Of a stretch of 64,000 nt of DNA, positions 62,065 through 64,000 are shown piece after piece. A program made the translations under genes and the position numbers. Below the pieces are notes generated by a model. The model searched no databases. It worked only from the letters and a program-made list of their open reading frames with translations, and was not told where the DNA came from. The stretch comes from Hypanus sabinus (Eukaryota). Positions within the stretch are counted from its first letter, which is position 1, and each line of letters begins with the position of its first letter. The stretch covers positions 35,836,001 through 35,900,000 of the forward strand of contig NC_082714.1 in assembly GCF_030144855.1 (NCBI RefSeq), given 5' to 3'.

Positions 62065-64000
62065 ACCATAAGATATAGGTGCAGAATTAGGCCATTTAAC
62101 CCATTGAGTTTGCTCCGCCATTTCATCATGGCTGATCCATTTTTCCTCTCAACTCCAATCTCTTGCCTTCCACCCCATCCTCCGTCCCATATCCCTTCAT
62201 GCCCTGACCAATCATGAATCTATCGACCTCTGCCTTAAAATATACATAAAGGCCTCCACAGCTGCCTGTAGCAATGAATTCAACAGATTCACTACTCTCT
62301 GGCTAAAAAAATTCCTCCTCATCCCTGTTCTAAAAGGACACTCCTCTATTTAGAGTCTCTGTCCTCGGGACTTGGACAATCCCACCACAGGACACACCTT
62401 TCCACATCCACTCTATCAAGACCATTCGATAAGAATACAGGACCAAGGCCATCAACTTCATTTGACAGGTCGTTTAACCCCAAAATCACTTTCATGATTC
62501 TCCTTTGAATCCTCTCCAGTTTCAGCACTTCCTTTCTAAGAGAACAGGCCCAAAAGAACATAAGTACTCCATCAGGCCTCACCATTGCTTCATAAAGTCT
62601 CAACATTAATTCCTTATTTTTATATTCTAGTCCTCTCGAAATGAATTCTAACATCACATTTGCCTTCTGCACCACAGACTCAAACTGGAAATTAACCTTT
62701 AGAGAATCCTGCACAAGGACTCTCAAATCCCTTTGCACCTCATATTTTCATATTTTCTCTCCATTTAGAAAATAATCAACCCTTTAATTTCTTCAACCAA
62801 AGTGCAGGATCATATACTTCCCAACTCTGTATTCTATTTGCCTCTTCTTTGCCCATTCTGCTAATCTGTCGAAGTCTTCTCTAGCCTCCCTATTTCCACA
62901 AAACTACCTGCCCTGCCACCTCTCTTTGTATCATCTCAACTTGGCAACAAAGCCATCAATTCCAACAGCCAAATCATTGACATATTACGTAAAAAGAATT
63001 GGTCCCAACACAGATCCCTGTGGAGCACTACTAGTCATTGGCAGCCAGCCAGAAACTGCCCCCTTTATTCACACACTTTACCTTCTGCCAGTTTGCCACA
63101 GCTTTATCCATGCTACAATCTTTCCTGTAATACCAGGGGCTCATAGCTTGTTAAGCAGCCTCATGTGTGGCACCTTGTAAAAGGCCTTCTGAACATCCAA
63201 GTACACAACATCAATCAATTCTCCTTTGTGTATCCTGCTTGTTATTTCTTCAAAGAATTCCAACAGATTTGTCAGATAAGATTTTCCCTTGAGGAAACCA
63301 TGCTGACCACGGCCAATTTTATCATGTGCCGCCAAGTACCTTAAATCAAATCATTAACAATTGACTCCAACATCTTCCCAACCACTGAGGTCAGTCTAAC
63401 TGGTCTATAATTTCCCTTCTTGAAGAGTGGATGACACTTGCAATTTTCCAGTCTTCTGGAACCATTCCAGAATCCAATGGTTCTTGAAAGTTCATTACTA
63501 ATGCCTCCACAATATCTTTAGCCAACTCTTTCAGAACCCTGGGGTGAATACCATCTGGCCCAGGTGACTGAACTACCTTCAGACCTCTCAGTTTCCCAAG
63601 ACCCATCTCTCTTGTAATGGTAACTTCACACATTTCATGACCCCTGACACCTGCAACTTCCACCATACTGCTGGTCTCTTCCACAGTGAAGATTGATACA
63701 AAATACTTACTCAGTTCATCCACCCTTTCTTTGTCCTCAACTACTACCTCCCCAGCTTCGTTTTCCAGTGGTCTGATACCCAACATCACCTCTTTTTAAC
63801 ACTCCAGGCATCTGAGGAAACTTTTGATATCCTCTAATATTATTGGCTAGCTTACTTTCATATTCTATCTTTACCTACTTAATAACTTTTTAGTTGCTTT
63901 CTGTTGGTTTTTAAAAGCTTCCTAATCCTCTAACTTCCCACTAATTTTTGCTCTGTTATATGCCCTCTCTTTCGCTTTTATGTTGCCTTTAACTTTCTAT
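62065..64000 (-). mobile_element. Decayed CR1 LINE running off the window end, intronic in C7orf50
   Basis: QHGFLKGKSYLTNLLEFFEE..YLDVQKAFYKVPH; SPGPDGIHPRVLKELA; tail accataagatatagg. Confidence 0.9.

Overview
Repeat-dense vertebrate genomic DNA, most likely from a cartilaginous fish (shark or ray); this is inferred from the repeat spectrum (CR1, V-SINE, Neptune and Poseidon Penelope, Rex1). It is not prokaryotic and has no CRISPR array or operon. The only host gene I can support is the 3' end of a C7orf50 (cholesin, WKF-domain) orthologue on the minus strand, with two coding exons (61629-61743 and 56466-56533) and poly(A) signals near 56260-56304. The rest is mostly decayed mobile DNA: many CR1 LINEs, Rex1/Babar, Nimb/I, HERO and R4/Dong (RLE-type) LINEs, Penelope-like elements with hammerhead-ribozyme motifs, an old chromodomain Ty3/Gypsy provirus, two solo LTRs, two Tc1 transposons with nested insertions, a hAT MITE, V-SINEs and a higher-order minisatellite. 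The most notable observations are: (i) several locally templated DNA duplications at rearrangement junctions, the clearest being a 196/197-identical inverted copy of an R4 fragment filling a deletion in a CR1; (ii) hammerhead ribozyme relics whose defects are complementary, plus a candidate HDV-like fold just downstream of the C7orf50 poly(A) site; (iii) a 184-bp higher-order repeat; and (iv) a possible alternative last exon of C7orf50. I found no convincing evidence of an intact, novel multi-gene system. Coordinates of decayed repeats are approximate.
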